Origin: Octopus vulgaris
Lineage: Eukaryota
NCBI GenBank assembly: GCA_951406725.2
Contig: OX597815.1
Coordinates: forward strand, 160,084,001 to 160,148,000
DNA length: 64,000 nt
Direction: 5' to 3'
Shown: piece after piece, positions 1 to 14,219 of the stretch
Layout of the letters: every line of letters begins with the position of its first letter
Position numbering within the stretch: position 1 is the first letter of the stretch
Position numbers and translations under genes: made by a program
The notes under the pieces: generated by a model
Database searches by the model: none
What the model was told of the DNA's origin: nothing
What the model saw: only the letters and a program-made list of their open reading frames with translations

Positions 1-497
1 TATCTATCGTGAATGTAATTTCGGCTTTGTAGAAAATATTTCCATTTCATGAATAGCATGAACAATGGATTTTGTCACTACTACTATAAAAAATAAAAAT
101 GGTGTTTCACAGAAATAAGTTTACCAACATTTAGCCAAAATCATTTTAAACTAGTTTTAAAGCTTAATTTCCCTTCAGCAATTAACTGCATCATTCAGAT
201 TGTTTCCATATTGAATGATGCTTTGATATAGTTGTGTGTGTAGCCACTTATCTGCAGGGTTTGTTGGTCATAGAAATCAGGTTCATTTTATCTTTTACTT
301 GTTTCAGTAATTGGACAGAAACCCAATTGCCCAAGGTATGATGCACTGAGACTGAACCTGGAACCGTGTCATTAACAAGTAAATTTTTTACCACGCAACC
401 ATGCATGTTAAATGATAACTTTGGTTCCATTTTAAATCATTCATGAAAAAAGATTTGTTATGCATAGCCAATGTCTTTTGTTATATTTGAGCTTGGG

Positions 498-822
498 TAA
501 AGGGTGAAGATCTCCTTTGGTGATGAATGACCATGAGATGGCACCTAGAAACTTCCCCTTTGATGTAGAAGTCTGGGCAAGGTTGTTTGTGGAAGACCAG
601 CAGTCAACCATGCATACCAGTCTCTCCTCACAATGGCACTGATGTTATCCAAGGGAAAGGCAAAGACTGATACAGCTTGGCACCAGTGATGTTGCAACTC
701 ATTTCTACAGCTGAGTGAACTGGAGCAATGTGAAATAAAGTGTCTTACTCAAGAACACAACACACAGCCTGGTCCAGGAATTGAACTCACTGCCTCACGA
801 TTGTGAGCCTGACGCATTAACC
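498..822 (-). mobile_element. tRNA-derived SINE, family C (V-domain-like core)
   Basis: Reverse complement matches copies at 43930-44280 and 60682-60957; tRNA-like head plus core gtgttcttgagtaagacactttatttcac...cactcagctgtagaaatgag. Confidence 0.8.
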
Positions 823-1574
823 TCTGTATTTGATCATTCAGCACTCTATATCTTAATTTCTTCTATTTGTTCTCATTCCCGTTTCGCAAATGAAAATGCA
901 TGACTATATTACATTTTCTGTATATCTATAATTTCTTGTCTGTATAATTTCTTTACAGACAGCTGTAAATAGAGAAATGTTCTCACATTCCAGGAGGAAT
1001 TATTGAAATATACTTAGACATATTACTAATGAATTTACCAATTTCAATGTTGCAATAATTCTATGAATCATTGTATTCATTGCTGTTCAAAGTTTGATCA
1101 ATGTCTTGGAAGAATACTTTTTTTACTTGAACACCTTTTAATTGAATGAAAATAATTATTTTGCAAGAAGGTAAAATTAAACTGAGATGACAAAAAAAAA
1201 AGGAAAATAATGACTCCACATTGGATAACCCCCATGAAAAATTAAAGGCAGCAGCAACTCTGTAATCTTCAGTGTGATAAATGGTAATATCACATGTTAA
1301 ATTATCAGCTAATTAATATGTATTCATTACTTATTTACTAAACTAGAACTTATAGTTTAATAGCCTCAAAGTCTTATTGTAGGAAAAGTTTATAGGGTGT
1401 TGGAAGGATAAACCATTTCCAAAAGCCATAGCCAAGACCCCATGAAGGACACTGGTACCAAAATTGTTAATGGACTTAAAACACTGGTTTATGGACTTAA
1501 AACACTCAGTGCAAGTGCTGAATACTTTTACATGGCACCACATGGATGATTTTAAGACACCATATAAAAGTTTC

Positions 1575-1775
1575 CTTGTGGTGCCACAAAAAAGCACCCT
1601 GCTACTCTGTAAAGCAGTTGGCATTAGGAAGAGTTTCCAGCCATAGAAACCATGCCAAAAGATATTGGTGTCTGGTGGAGCTCCCCAGCTTGCCAGCTCT
1701 GGTCAAACTGTCCAACCCATGCCAGCATGGACAAAGGACCTTAAATGATGATGGTGATAATGATGATGAGGATGA
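1575..1775 (+). mobile_element. 3' fragment of RTE LINE ending in (ATG)n tail
   Basis: Similar to the 3' UTR of the RTE at 27872-28200; ends ttaaatgatgatgg... Confidence 0.7.
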
Positions 1776-1949
1776 TAGATCAAAGTGGATCATATTGCAT
1801 TATGTATCTGGCTAAGGATGAAGACATTTACTGCTCAGTGGTTTGTCTTCTTAATCTAACAGTCCAAAACACATGTTAAACTAAAAGGCTAGTGGATTTT
1901 ACCCAGGATCACTACCTATTTAGTTAATTATTTTAGCAAAACAAAACTA

Positions 1950-2150
1950 CATGGAGTCATGTGACTTAATGGTTAAGATATTGCACTCATGGTTGTAAGA
2001 TTGTGGTTTTGGTTCCTGGACAAGGTGATGCATTGTATTCTTGGGCAAAATACTTCATTTCACATTCCTCTAATCCACTCAGCTGGCAAAAATGAGTAAT
2101 CTTGCAACAGATTGGCATCCTGTCCAGAGAAGAAATATAGAAGCCATAGA
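1950..2150 (+). mobile_element. tRNA-derived SINE, family E-type head and core
   Basis: Degenerate A/B-box head; core ccactcagctggcaaaaatgagt shared with 5025-5310 and 45895-46230. Confidence 0.6.
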
Positions 2151-2329
2151 ATCTATAAAACTAGCTTTATGAGCCTACTGTGCAGAAAACATCTGTGATC
2201 TCTCTCTGAATCTAAACAACATCTATCATTCAAAATCAAGGATAGTTTGAGAGTATATTACATGCTTTTGCTAATTATTTTAGATGCCCAGCAAACATAA
2301 ATCCCTCTTGTCCCTATTTGCTGTAATAC

Positions 2330-2670
2330 ATCGATCTCAGTGCATAACTGGTACTTAATTTATCAACCCTGAAAGGATGAAAGGCAAAGTTGACCTTGGC
2401 AGAATTTGAACTCAGAACGTAACAGCAGACAAAATACCTATTTCTTTACTATCCACAAGGGGCTAAACACAGAGAGGACAAACAAGGACAGACAAAGGTA
2501 TTAAGTAGATTACATCGACCCCAGTGCGTAACTGGTACTTAATTTATAAACCCCGAAAGGATGAAAGGCAAAGTCGGCCTTCGTGGAATTTGAACTCAGA
2601 ATGTAACAGCAGACAAAATACCGGTAAGTTTTTCATCCGGCATGCTAACGTTTCTGCCAGCTCGCCACCC
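2330..2670 (-). mobile_element. tRNA-derived SINE family A (Meta-domain-like), dimeric
   Basis: Two copies of core gcctttcatcctttcggggt..ataaattaagtaccag; matches 47835-48335 and 54825-55278. Confidence 0.8.
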
Positions 2671-3160
2671 TTTTATCTGATGTTCTGATGGCTCTACCAC
2701 TCAGCTGTCTTAAATATATTAATTCTTATTTAATTCTATTATAGAATGGTCCTGTTTACTACTTCAGACAGTAAGAATACTGTATGACTAACAGGTGTCA
2801 TTAGAGCCTGCCATGTTAATTTCAAGCACTCCTATGAATAAAAGCTATTTCTGAATGATGTGAATAATCAATGGGTGAAGGTGTCTCTTAATTGCCTCAA
2901 AACTTTAAACACCTCAAATAATAACCTCTGCATTATTACCTTGCAGTAATAGTGACAAACAAAAATGAATATAAATAAAAGAATTATTTCTCAAAAGATT
3001 CTTAAAATTTAATGAATTTTAAATTATGCAATTAAGAAACCCATTTTAAGTTACTTACCTACTATTATTGATCAAGTTTCCCTCAAATTAGATATTCAAA
3101 GAACCAGTATTTTCAGAACAAGTATATGTGTGTGAAAATAGTTTCTTATGTTTTCTTCAG

Positions 3161-3244
3161 GCTATTGGCAGCACCTTAAACTCAGTAGCACTGCAAAAGA
3201 TAACTCCATTTATTAATTATTCAAGGCTTCTGCTACTTACTGCA
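3161..3244 (+). CDS. candidate internal coding exon of unidentified host gene (AIGSTLNSVALQKITPFINYSRLLLLTA)
   Basis: Strong acceptor ttatgttttcttcag, donor GTAAGT at 3245, 84 bp open phase 0-0, in non-repeat sequence. Confidence 0.45.
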
Positions 3245-3904
3245 GTAAGTTATGCCTTCTATGTTTCTCATTGGCAGTTACTGGACTGGAAAATTGAGTA
3301 AAATGTCCAAGCCATTGACAGAACATAATATGAGTGATAAAATACGATCCAACAATTTACTAGTTCAACTGTAAATCAAGCTTACAAAGAAGACTCGACA
3401 TGATTTCTCAACTTGCTGGAAAAAGTAGCAAAATCTCCTTCAAATTTTCTTTTCTTAAAAATAAATGAGCTGGATCTGCTCAGTCAGGTTTAATCTGGAT
3501 TAATAAGACAAGAATTGGGACTCAAAGATGAAAATTTTGACTAAAATCAAATAATTCAATAATATCAATTATGTTTAATGAAAAAATATCAAACATTAAC
3601 TAATAGAAATAATTCAAGAGCAATAATGTGCACATCTTTATAAATATAATTACTTGGATCAAGAGAGATATCAAAGCAACATTTAAGAAAAAATAATTTT
3701 AGTAAAAAGTGTATCAAAACAGAATTTAAGAAAATATAATCAGCTTCAAGTCTATGAGTAAAGAACCAAAGCATGAAGGTTTTTTTTTCTTGCTGAGTTT
3801 GAAGGAAGGGTAGTGCTTCTGATGTTTGCAAGCCCTCAGAGATAACAGAGATCAATACAAATTATATTCAATTAAAAAAATCTGCAAGTGAGGGCCTGCA
3901 GTGA

Positions 3905-3941
<37 letters not shown>

Positions 3942-4426
3942 TTTTCAGAGGATTGATGTTCAGGGAAAGAGAGTGATTGGAGAATGTGGTTAATTTAGAA
4001 TCTGGGAGATGAGCTGCAAAAGAAGTAAAGCATGAAGGAGAGATGAATGTCACAGAAGAACTGGGATAGAAGTTGTATGTAACTGGGTGATTAAGATCAG
4101 CAGAGGTTACAGTAGTGATATGACTAGACAAAAATAATTGGAAACAGCTTATCTGTTAGTCAAAAGTGTATTGATAAATAAGTCTTTGTTGATCAGTCAG
4201 ATGACTACTCAAAAGTATGGTCTAGGATGGTTGTGTAAAACTGCAGCACCTTCCTTAATTGCACCTTCCTTAGTGATATTGAGGTTTGTGAAGAATCAAC
4301 AGCTGATCAAAGCTGAAGTAGTTCCTAGCTGTGAAGAGGAAAGTTTTTCATTGGGTGTTATGCCTCAATACTGCACACTGGCTGTGTGTTCTACGAAATC
4401 CTCATTGCCACTGTTATATTGCAATA

Positions 4427-4720
4427 CTACACAGTGGCTATGTGTGCTACGAAATCCTTGTCACCACTGTTTTTCTTTAAAATTAAACATTCCCATCGAA
4501 TGTTAAACTGCAAACTTTTCTCGCTAAAAATATTAGTCAAAACATTTATCGTTTCATCAAAACACAATTCTGTGGGCTTTCTCAGCAAATTAAAGTTACA
4601 AAATCTTTCGTGTTCCACAGTAGCATGCTTTTGCAAAAGGAGCCTTATCTTCCTTTCACTAGTCCATCCCTTACATTCCTCTCGGAATATGTCTTTGTAT
4701 TGTCTGGGGGCGTCCACACA
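4427..4720 (-). mobile_element. Ty3/Gypsy (Mag-like) gag fragment
   Basis: ORF 4427..4897 second half YKDIFREECKGWTSERKIRLLLQK...FDETINVLTNIFSEKS.FNIRWECL resembles Mag-clade gag. Confidence 0.7.
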
Positions 4721-5024
4721 ACATTGGGTTACAGTTTTATCTATGCTATGTCTATGAAACAAAGTTGTTTCCTTGCTGTGAGCAGTGATTATAGCTTTAT
4801 GCTGCTGGGAGAGATTAGAGTTACATATCCCTATTTGAGGATGTTTCCATGAGTTGTGTACAAGGAAGTGGCTTACTGTGAAGTATCTAAATTGCATGTT
4901 GATGAAACCTTTGAAGGAAATGTTTTAAAGGACTGAAGTGATGTAGAGAAGTGACATCAAGCATGTTGAGGAAGAGTATGAAGGATGTAACTGAACCTCA
5001 TGACACTCTGTCAATTATAATGAC

Positions 5025-5310
5025 AATGATCAACGGAACAGCCAGTTTGTGAAATTAATGAGCAAGTGGCTGGACACTCCACAGACATGTGTCCCCCTTA
5101 TGTAGTTCACAGAGAGACTCAGTGTGACACAGTGTATTACAAAGCTGGCCCTTTTAAATATAGGTACTACTCATTTTTGCCAGCTGAGTGGACTGAAGCA
5201 ACATGAAATAAAGTGTCTTGCTTAAGAACACAATGCATCACTGGGAATTGAACTCATGACCGTATGATCATGAGCCAAATACCCTAACCACTAAGCCATG
5301 CACCTTCACT
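5025..5310 (-). mobile_element. tRNA-derived SINE family E
   Basis: Head gtgaaggtgcatggcttagtggttaggg..gagttcaattccc; flanked by actgaacct direct repeat; homologous to 45895-46230. Confidence 0.8.
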
Positions 5311-6489
5311 GAACCTTGGAGCATACTGAAGAAAAAGTATTGGTCAGTGACAGACACATCAGTACATGTTGTGATGACTGTTTTGCCTGGAAGATTCTAT
5401 TCCAGGTAATGGGAGAAGGCTAAAACCCATAGCTTGTGGATATTTCAATTATATCATTGTTAAAGGATTTGCACATATCAAGTGCATTGACATTATTTTC
5501 AAGAACTTCTCAAGAGCAAGAGACCATTGGTGTGTGGCATACATTGGCACACGTCCAGCAGATCAGGATCTTTAGATGTGGGACTGAAATTATTGATCTG
5601 AAAGATGGACTCAAAACTGTTGAAGATAGTTATTGCTAATGACCTTTGAATCACCTTTAAGATGTTAAAAATGAAAATGATAGATCAATAGTTAGCAATC
5701 TCAGAGAAGATGTGCCTTTTGACACACTGTAACATATTTTCAAATATCTGAATACCTGAAGAGAGAAAAATGATTCAAGGTTTTAGTGGAGTGCACCATT
5801 TTAAGATAACGGAAAGGATATGGTCAAAACTGGCTGCCATGCTAGTTTGGAGTGACCAGATATATTGTCTCAGATGGTGTGAATATGTACACTGTAATGT
5901 GGCTAGTAAAGTGCAAACAGAAAGTTTTGCTATGTATATCAAATATGGAATCAGAGATCAAGCAAGCAGCAAATATGGTAGGATTCTCTACTGAAATAAT
6001 GCTTATCAGGCTACCAAGAAGAATCATTCAAGCTGGTTGAGAGCTTCTTGGAAAGGAATCAAAAAGGCAGCTGCTTTCTGGGAGAAAAGAAAGTTTTCAG
6101 ACTGTCATACACAGAAAAGACTTTTGTTTGGCAGGTAAATATTCTCAAAGCTGCTTATATAATGACTAAAATCCATTCATTAGGTGGTGATTGGTGATTA
6201 TATATTTTTGAGGTGTTATGTATGCAGTGTCATTGCATATAAATCATTCAGTGGGCTTAGGGTTAAGGGCTTTGGTAAAGTATGGAATGTGAAGAACATG
6301 TCTAAGAGAAAAGTATTGGTTGGTTGCTTGAGTGAGAACTGAAACATATTTGCACAAGTATACACAAAACCTGTGTAGGTTCTGATGAGCATTTATTTTG
6401 CAGATCGACCAAATTACCTACTCCTTAAATAAACATATAAATAGCTTAACATTCCACAGACATGTTTATCCATAACATGATTCTCAGGC

Positions 6490-6633
6490 TGGATTCCAAA
6501 AGCACCAAGAATGCTGGGACCGGTGTATTGTAGCAGAAGGTGACTATTTTGAAGGAAATGACATTAAACCTCAGGTAAATAAGTTATTTTTTATTAAACA
6601 TAACTAGTCCGGGAACCTTTTGATACCATCTTG
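6490..6633 (+). mobile_element. mariner transposon 3' end
   Basis: Encodes WDRCIVAEGDYFEG (mariner C-terminus), then TIR-like ccgggaaccttttgataccatcttg and TA. Confidence 0.7.
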
Positions 6634-7421
6634 TACACCTAGTAAACATGCAGTGCTGACTGCCAAGCCAATTAAAGACAAACACATTTTTTTCTGAAGA
6701 CATCACATTGGTGGCACCTAAATTAGTGTGTATTTATTGTCAATTCACAATAGAGAAGGTTTCATGTCTGACAATTTTGAATTTGCTTTACTTTTTTTTT
6801 GTAAATTTGAATTTGCTTCTTGTATTTTTTTTTGTAAATTTGAATTTTTGTAAAATTTTCATCAATAAGTGCTGACACTAGTTTCAATAATATTTAAAAT
6901 TCTAATTTATATGCTAATTTGTCACTAAAATAGTTCTTACGTACTTGTTATGTGAAAAAAGGCAAAAACTTGTCATAATGAAGCTATGAAGCCTGTAAAG
7001 ATGAAAGCATATATCAAAAGGGGCTCACTCTAATAAAATGAAAAAGACAAGGATCTCAACATTTTCAGTGTATTAAAAAAAAAAATGATTATAAGGCAGC
7101 TAAATTTAATCATATGTCTTTTAAACATCTCCAATGATGATTATGAAGGAAGGTTAAAAGCATCATATACACCAAATATGTGAAATACCTATGTGAAGTA
7201 TAACAGTCACATCTCAAAGTGCATTATCTTAAAACAGATGTACTAGAGGAGACAGCTGAATGCCGAGTGGATAATTTTATGCAAGCAATTTAGATGATAG
7301 GGGAACCAATAAGTTATCGATGAGTTCATGAAAGGGGTCATTGATATAGGAAGTTTGCCAACACTCACAGTCTAAGAGTACACTACTTCTTGACATATAG
7401 TCACAATTTTCAGGTAACATA

Positions 7422-7914
7422 CAGTGTTCCCTTATTTATCGTGGTAGATTGCTTCCGAGACTGGCTGTGATAACTGAATTTCTGCAAAGTAGGGACACCA
7501 TATTTACAGTATTTATTTAACGTGTATTTGGACTTTTAAAACCCTCCCTGTACTGTTAACAGCCCACCAATTACAGTGGTCTATTAATAAGAAGGACAAC
7601 TGTTAAGCAATAACACTTTAGATTAAAAAAAATATTGTTACTGTTACACAGGCCAGATTACAAAATAGAAAGCTGTGATTCGTCGTCTCTCTCCATTTCA
7701 CCAATCACAGCCCGTCTTAAGTTCAAGTACCCTTGTATATGCTTTTTTGCTATTTTACATTTGTTTTGTTGTTCCTAGACTAGGAAATAATGTTTATTAT
7801 TAATAATTTAATGGATTTAATGAAAAATTTTAGGCGTTCATATATATATATTTTAAAAATCCACAAAATCATGAATCTGCGATAGTTGAACCACGAAGTA
7901 GTGAGGGATCACTG
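7422..7914. mobile_element. Tigger/pogo-type MITE
   Basis: TA|CAGTGTTCCCTT ... GAGGGATCACTG|TA termini. Confidence 0.7.
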
Positions 7915-8337
7915 TACTTTCAAGTAAAATTTTATTTTATTACCAAAACCATTTTCCATCATTATGATTGGATTGTAAGATTAAGAAGAAATTAAATTCA
8001 TTCATAAATTTAATACATTTCTTTTATGTTCATTTTTTTTGTACTAATGAACCTTGCATTTATTCTCACCCTTACCTCCGCATCTAAACTACATGCACAC
8101 ATACAAATATCCATACACATACGGATAAAAGATTGAGTCTCAAACTGATTAAACCTGCCTTCAAAGCAAGTTGGGAGATCACAAGTCACTGAAAAGTTTG
8201 CAAATGGTAATGAAAACTTAGACAAAAAGGCAAATTGATTGACTATTTAATTAACACATTAATTAAGTGATTAGCTAGTTGGACAGACACTTAACCAACT
8301 GACTAATAATAAAAAAGTGGAATTGAACCTGTGCACA

Positions 8338-8367
<30 letters not shown>

Positions 8368-8370
<3 letters not shown>

Positions 8371-8585
8371 GGTGGCAAGCTGGCAGAATTGCTAGCACAC
8401 CTGGTGAAATACTCAGTGGTATTTCATCAGTCTTCGCGTTTAGAGTTCAAATTCTGCCAAGGTCAACTTTACCTTTCATCCTTTTGGGGTTGATAAATTA
8501 AGTACCAATGAAATACTGGGGTTCACGTAATTGATTCATCTCTTTCCCCAATATGGCTGCCATTGTGGCATAAATTATAAACCAT
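8368..8585 (+). mobile_element. SINE family A flanked by (TTA)n
   Basis: aaggtggcaagctggcagaa head and Meta-like core. Confidence 0.75.
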
Positions 8586-10069
8586 TATTATTATTACAAT
8601 TATTATTATTATTATTATTGGTGTAATGACTCCCAAGACTACAAATTCTTAAGATATTGTTTTAAAATATCATTGACTAAAAATTAACTGCTTAACCTAC
8701 AAGAAATAAGAAAATCTACCTCAAAGAAAGAACAGATTTGACAAGGTGGTCCTGGATATACACAGTTGTAGAATGAATGATGAGAAGGTGCTAGAAATAG
8801 CAAGCAAATCTTCCTCAAATAATACTCTTCACTCTAAGCAAAAAGAAATGCATTGCTAATGTAATCTTTAAGTTACTATCTAAGAAGACTATTAAAAAAA
8901 GGTAGAACGAACAACATTGGTTGGACTTTTTATAATAGATCTTCTTAATTGGGTGGGACTGACCTGAGACTAAACAATGACAATGTCTACATGTTATAGA
9001 ACTAGCTTTCTGAAATTGCCAAGATAAATTGTATTTTATCATGGTATAGTACACACACAGACATAGAGTACACAATATATTTTACCACAGCAACCAAAAT
9101 TATAATCCTAAAAGCATAGTATAACACATATCAAAATTTTAAATGCTTTAGAACTGAGACGTTAATATTGGAAGCAGAATAATTTTATCCCGTCACTTTA
9201 CCAAAAGTTATTACGTATATAAATAAGATACTATATATATATATATATATGATATATTAATGCAATTATCTCAGCAGTGAACTGGAATGTAAATTTCCTC
9301 AAAGTTAGATGCCATACTGAGAAGATTATACACAAATCAATGCATTTTAATTCATCATCTAAATAATCTATTCATTATATTCTTGGAATCTTCCAGAAAT
9401 ATTTGAATGAAATTGAACACTGGTTGATCAATAATAAATACACAATAGAAACCAACCAATAATTGATATTCTATATTGAATATATTAATTGAACAAAACT
9501 GATAGCATTATTGATTACAAATCTAGCAACATTTTTGTTCTTGTATATTTCTGTCTCACATTTCACACCTAGCATTTTCTTTTTTACATTCTTATGATTG
9601 ATGTTTTTCATGATGTCACTATTTATGATGCTGGACTAATATTATTTTCTCAGAGTTGGTAATAGTTTTATTTATTTACATAAACTGATTTCATAAACCT
9701 GCAGACAGAATTTTAAGTTATTTCTCCTCTCCTATACTCTTCTTCACTTGCTACAGTTACCCTTATCCTGCCCACTCACCCAGCCCAAATTTCTGTACCA
9801 CCTTGCTTATTCTCACCAACGTCCCTCCACGGCATATCCCAACACATCTCTGCCACAATCACTCTATTTTACTCTCTGATTCACTTAATTTCCTAACTTA
9901 ATTTCTTTCTTTTTTCAACCAGGGTGTCCATGTATTTCCTCTACAGCCAGACACCTAAATCTGTCCTTCTGTATCTTTAATATCTCATCAACTGGCACAA
10001 AGCCTTCCCAGCCACCTCAATTCTACTCCATACTCCTAGTTATGGGGCGGTTTTTTGTCATGCTGTTAG

Positions 10070-10330
10070 TGATGGTGTCACATGGAAAGTATCAGCGTTG
10101 GTGATATGTAAAAAGCACTAGTGCTACGTAAAAAAGCACTGGTGTTGGTGTCATGTAAAAAGCACCCAACACACTCTTTAAAGTGGTTGGCATGAGAAAG
10201 AACATGAAGCCATACAAATGAACCCAAAACAGACAATTGGAGCCTGGTGAGATCTCAGGCATCCTAGCTCCTATGAAAGTATTCAGCCATGCCAATATGG
10301 AAAATCGACTTTAAATGATGATGATGATGA
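10070..10330 (+). mobile_element. RTE 3' fragment
   Basis: Repeated gtaaaaagcac units and (ATG)n tail as in the RTE 3' UTR. Confidence 0.65.
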
Positions 10331-10539
10331 TGTGAACCATTTTCATACAGTACATTAAAATACTTGCTATACTGTGTTGAAAAATGGTTTATGTAGATTA
10401 CATTACAGGTATCACAGAGAATTAATATTGTTTAATGTATAATTAATTGATTAAAGGACACTATGCTGTAACACAAGATTACAGAAAATTACTTCTAAAT
10501 CAAAACTGAGTAAACAAATTAAATGTTATATAGGTTAAA

Positions 10540-10686
10540 GTATGGCTATGTGGTAAGAAGCTTGCTTCCCAACCACATGGTTCTGGGTTCAGGCCCACTT
10601 CATGGGCAAGTGTCTTCTACTATAGCATTGGGCCAGCCAAAGCCTTGTGAGTGGATGTGGTAGATGGAAACTGAAAGAAGCCTGTC

Positions 10687-10728
<42 letters not shown>

Positions 10729-10920
10729 TTGTCCTCCATTACAGCTTGACAACCAGTGTTGGTGTGTTTACATCCCCATAAATTAGTGGTTCAGCAAATG
10801 ATACTGATAGAATAAGTACTAGGCTTGAAAATAAATCCTGGGGTTGATTTGTTCAACTAAAAGCCCCCTCAAGGTGGTGCTCCAGCATGGCCGCAGTAAA
10901 ATAACTAAAACAAATAAATG
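10540..10920 (+). mobile_element. tRNA-derived SINE family B (CORE-like, internal TA/TG microsatellite)
   Basis: ggctatgtggtaagaagcttgc..gggttcagg head, gggcaagtgtcttctactatag core; matches 17347-17740. Confidence 0.85.
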
Positions 10921-10921
10921 A

Positions 10922-10981
<60 letters not shown>

Positions 10982-11267
10982 ATAAAAGTGGCTAGAGGCA
11001 ATATAAAGACAAAAAAAAGGAATTCAATTGTCAGTAATAATGACTGAGGGTGCACCATAGCATCTATATTGCAAAAAATAAGACCCAAAGATCCTTATAG
11101 CCACAAATATAGCACAAATCTATGTACTGACAGCCATGTATGTGTGTGTGTGTTACTGAGTCCTTGCCTTAACATGATTGTTCTAAATGAGTGTCACCAT
11201 CATGCAAGCAGAGAGAAAGAGAGAGAGAGAGAGTGTGTGTGTGTGTGTACGACAGGCTTCTACAGTT

Positions 11268-11556
11268 TCATCAACATCATCATCATCGTTTAACGTCCGT
11301 TCTCCATGCTAGCATGGGTTGGACAGTTCGACCGGGGATCTGGGAAGCCAGAAGGCTGCACCAGGCTCCGGTCTTATCTGGCAATGTTCTACAGCTGGAT
11401 GCCCTTCCTAACGCCAACCACTCCGTGAGTGTAGTGGGTGCTTTTTACGTGCCACCTGCACTGGTGCCAGGCGAGGCTGGCATCGGCCACGGTCGGATTG
11501 GTGCATTTTATGTGCCACCGGCACTGAAGCCAGTCGAGGCGGCACTGGCTTCGGCC
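11268..11556 (-). mobile_element. RTE 3' fragment inserted into a family B SINE
   Basis: (CAT)n tail; 18-bp target duplication acgacaggcttctacagt at 11249-11266 and 11557-11574. Confidence 0.85.
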
Positions 11557-12550
11557 ACGACAGGCTTCTACAGTCTCCATATGCAAAATTCACTCATGAG
11601 ACATTGGTCAGCCCAAGGCTGTAGTAGAAGACCCTTGCTCAAGATGCAATATGGTTTAATTTTACAGAAAACCATCAGGCTGCATAGAAGGCTTTTTAAC
11701 CACACAGCCATGTCTGTGCCTAATGGAAATATAATCAAAACTGTGTATCATGAAAATTATCCATTCATCATTGCATCATAATGGAGATCATTAAAAAAAA
11801 AAATGTCAATGTTAAGCATTGAGGTACTAGCAGGTTGTAATATGTAATTTAAAATTACAAATAAAATTCTGCCAGTGGTTGGAAAATAATTATCATGAGT
11901 GATAAATCTCTGTGGGTGAAAGACAAAGCAATATTTTTTAGCACTTTTTTTTTTTATAATTTGAAATGGTTCCAAACAATTTTAGATGCCAATCATAAGT
12001 TCTGAGTTAATTAAAAATGTTCTCAGCAATTAAAGTTAGTAATTAATGTATAGATGCAGGTATGGATGTGTGGTGTATGATAAGAAGTGTGGTAAGAAGT
12101 GTGCTTCTAAATTACATGGTTTTAGGTTCATTCCCACTGTGTGGCACCTTGGCCCGACCTAAGTATTATGTGTGTTTGTGTGTGTGTATATATATATCTT
12201 CAATAACTACTTAAAAGCAGTTCTAGTGTTGTAAACATTATTGATCATACATACTCAATGCATGTGTTTTGTTTGTATGCCAGATTCACTTGGGGATGAC
12301 CAGTCCTGTTAGCTGGTTCATCCATAGTTCAATTCAGATACATGATGTTGATAAACCACAAAAAAGCAAAATATTGGTATCCATCACTCCTGAATTCGAT
12401 CTGAACCAAGTTATTTCACCTCTCTAACTATGGATCTCAGGTATTTTAATATCCAGTGTTAACAGGTGTTGTCCCCAAACCCTATTTCACAGTGTATCTG
12501 GTGACCAGACAAAAAGACATACATTGAATATGTGCAACTGATAATATATT

Positions 12551-12589
<39 letters not shown>

Positions 12590-12593
<4 letters not shown>

Positions 12594-13143
12594 GACCCAG
12601 CAAGACAAGTGAGACCATAACCTTGTAGCCTATACCAGGGGTGTAACCATCCCACTTATGCGTACCTTTCCTTCGTTGGACACAAAACTCTACTTGCAAA
12701 GACCTGTTGAAGCAAGTGAAATCGAAATCGAAATCAAATTCGATGACTGGCATCCGTGCTAGTGGAGCGTTAAAAGCACCATCCGAGCATGATCATTACC
12801 TGAGCAGCAAACTGGCTTCTGTGCCAGTGGCATGTAAAAGGCACCATTTGAGTGTGATTGTTGGTAACATCGCCTTAATGGCACTTGTGCTGGTGGCATG
12901 TGAAAAAACATTCGAGAGAGGTTGTTGCCAGTACTGCCTGACTGGCCCTCATGCTGGTGGCATGTAAAAGCACCCACTATACTCTCAGAGTGATTGGCAT
13001 CTGGAAAGGCATCCAGCTGTAGAAACTTTGCCAGATCAGATTGGAGCCTGGCACAGCCATCTGGTTCACCAGTCCTCAGTCAAATCGTCCAACCCATGCT
13101 AGCATGGAAAGCAAATGTTAAACGATGAGGATGATGATGATGA
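12590..13143 (+). mobile_element. RTE 3' UTR fragment between (TA)n runs
   Basis: Homologous to reverse complement of 27872-28320; (ATG)n tail. Confidence 0.8.
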
Positions 13144-14185
13144 TATATATATATATATATGTATGTCTTTGAATCTGGCCCAACCACCATCACCACCATC
13201 ACTACTTGATAACTGGTCCTGGTTTGTTTACATCCCTGCAACTTAGCAGATCAGCATAAAAGACCAAAGTATAAGTACTAAGCTTTGGAAAATAAGTACT
13301 GGGGTCTATTTATTCGACTAAAACCCTTCAAGACAGTATTACAACGAAATCTCAGCCCAATGACAGAAGCAAGTAAAAACTAAAAGATTTTGTACAAATA
13401 CATAAATGGATAAATAAACATATAAATAAATAGAAATTTATTTGTTCCTTGAGGACCTGTTGGATTTACCAGCATCTGATATTGTTGAAAGTGAAATGAT
13501 GAATTACCTTGAGATGATGATAGATGAGAAGTATTGGGCCATAGATAATGGATTACAAACTTAATTTTATACACGAGTCACTAAACACATCTGCGTTTAT
13601 ATGATTTATAGAGTTGTTGAAAATATGATTTTAATCAATATATCTTTTTACTCACCATTGTCTGCTCAGTATGGTTATTTTACTCTATAGCTTTCTCTCC
13701 AATTTACTTTGCAAGGAATCTGGCCACTGGCTGTCAGAACCAATAGTATAGTAATTGTCACACGAAATGAAATGAAGGAGCCTCTGCATGGCTGGTCATT
13801 TGATTGGCTAGAATTAGCAGCCAAATGTCTCTCAGCCATTTCCAACCATTTTATTAGTAAATGGAATGGGAGAATATATTGGATAGATTTGTAGTTTTTT
13901 AAAAATCTTTTAGTCAGGTGGGAGGACAGCATCTAAAACACTTTACAGGGCCTCTGGATCTGGTAGGCAGAAGGAAAACATATCTTCATATTTTCAAACC
14001 AGTGACCTATTTTGAATGTTTAAAATGAAGTGATTAGTTGAACAAATCAAACCAAGCTTTTATTTGTTTATTTATTTATTTGGCAATCTGGTGCTTATTT
14101 TATTAATTTCTTTTGCAAAGTTATGAGGACGTAAACAGACCAGCACTGTCAAGAAGCGGTGGAGAGACAAACACAAAGAAAAACA

Positions 14186-14219
<34 letters not shown>

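Larger units (their letters stand above)
3890..6300 (-). mobile_element. highly degenerate CR1/Jockey-group LINE (RT region), interrupted by a Gypsy fragment and a SINE
   Basis: Manual minus-strand translation gives remnants of VILKWCTP (IVLKKCAP), ANY*SI (NYRPI), ALDMCKSF (LDISKAF), MLQGSV (VPQGSV). Confidence 0.6.

Noticed and set aside
12755-12975. Regularly spaced gtggcatgtaaaa-gcacc repeats (also 10070-10170 and 54400-54760) resembling a CRISPR array
   Set aside because: Degenerate tandem units of the RTE 3' UTR; eukaryotic context and no cas genes
13656-13730. Minus-strand segment ending ATG|GTGAGT
   Set aside because: Stops in all frames and no partner exons; could be chance
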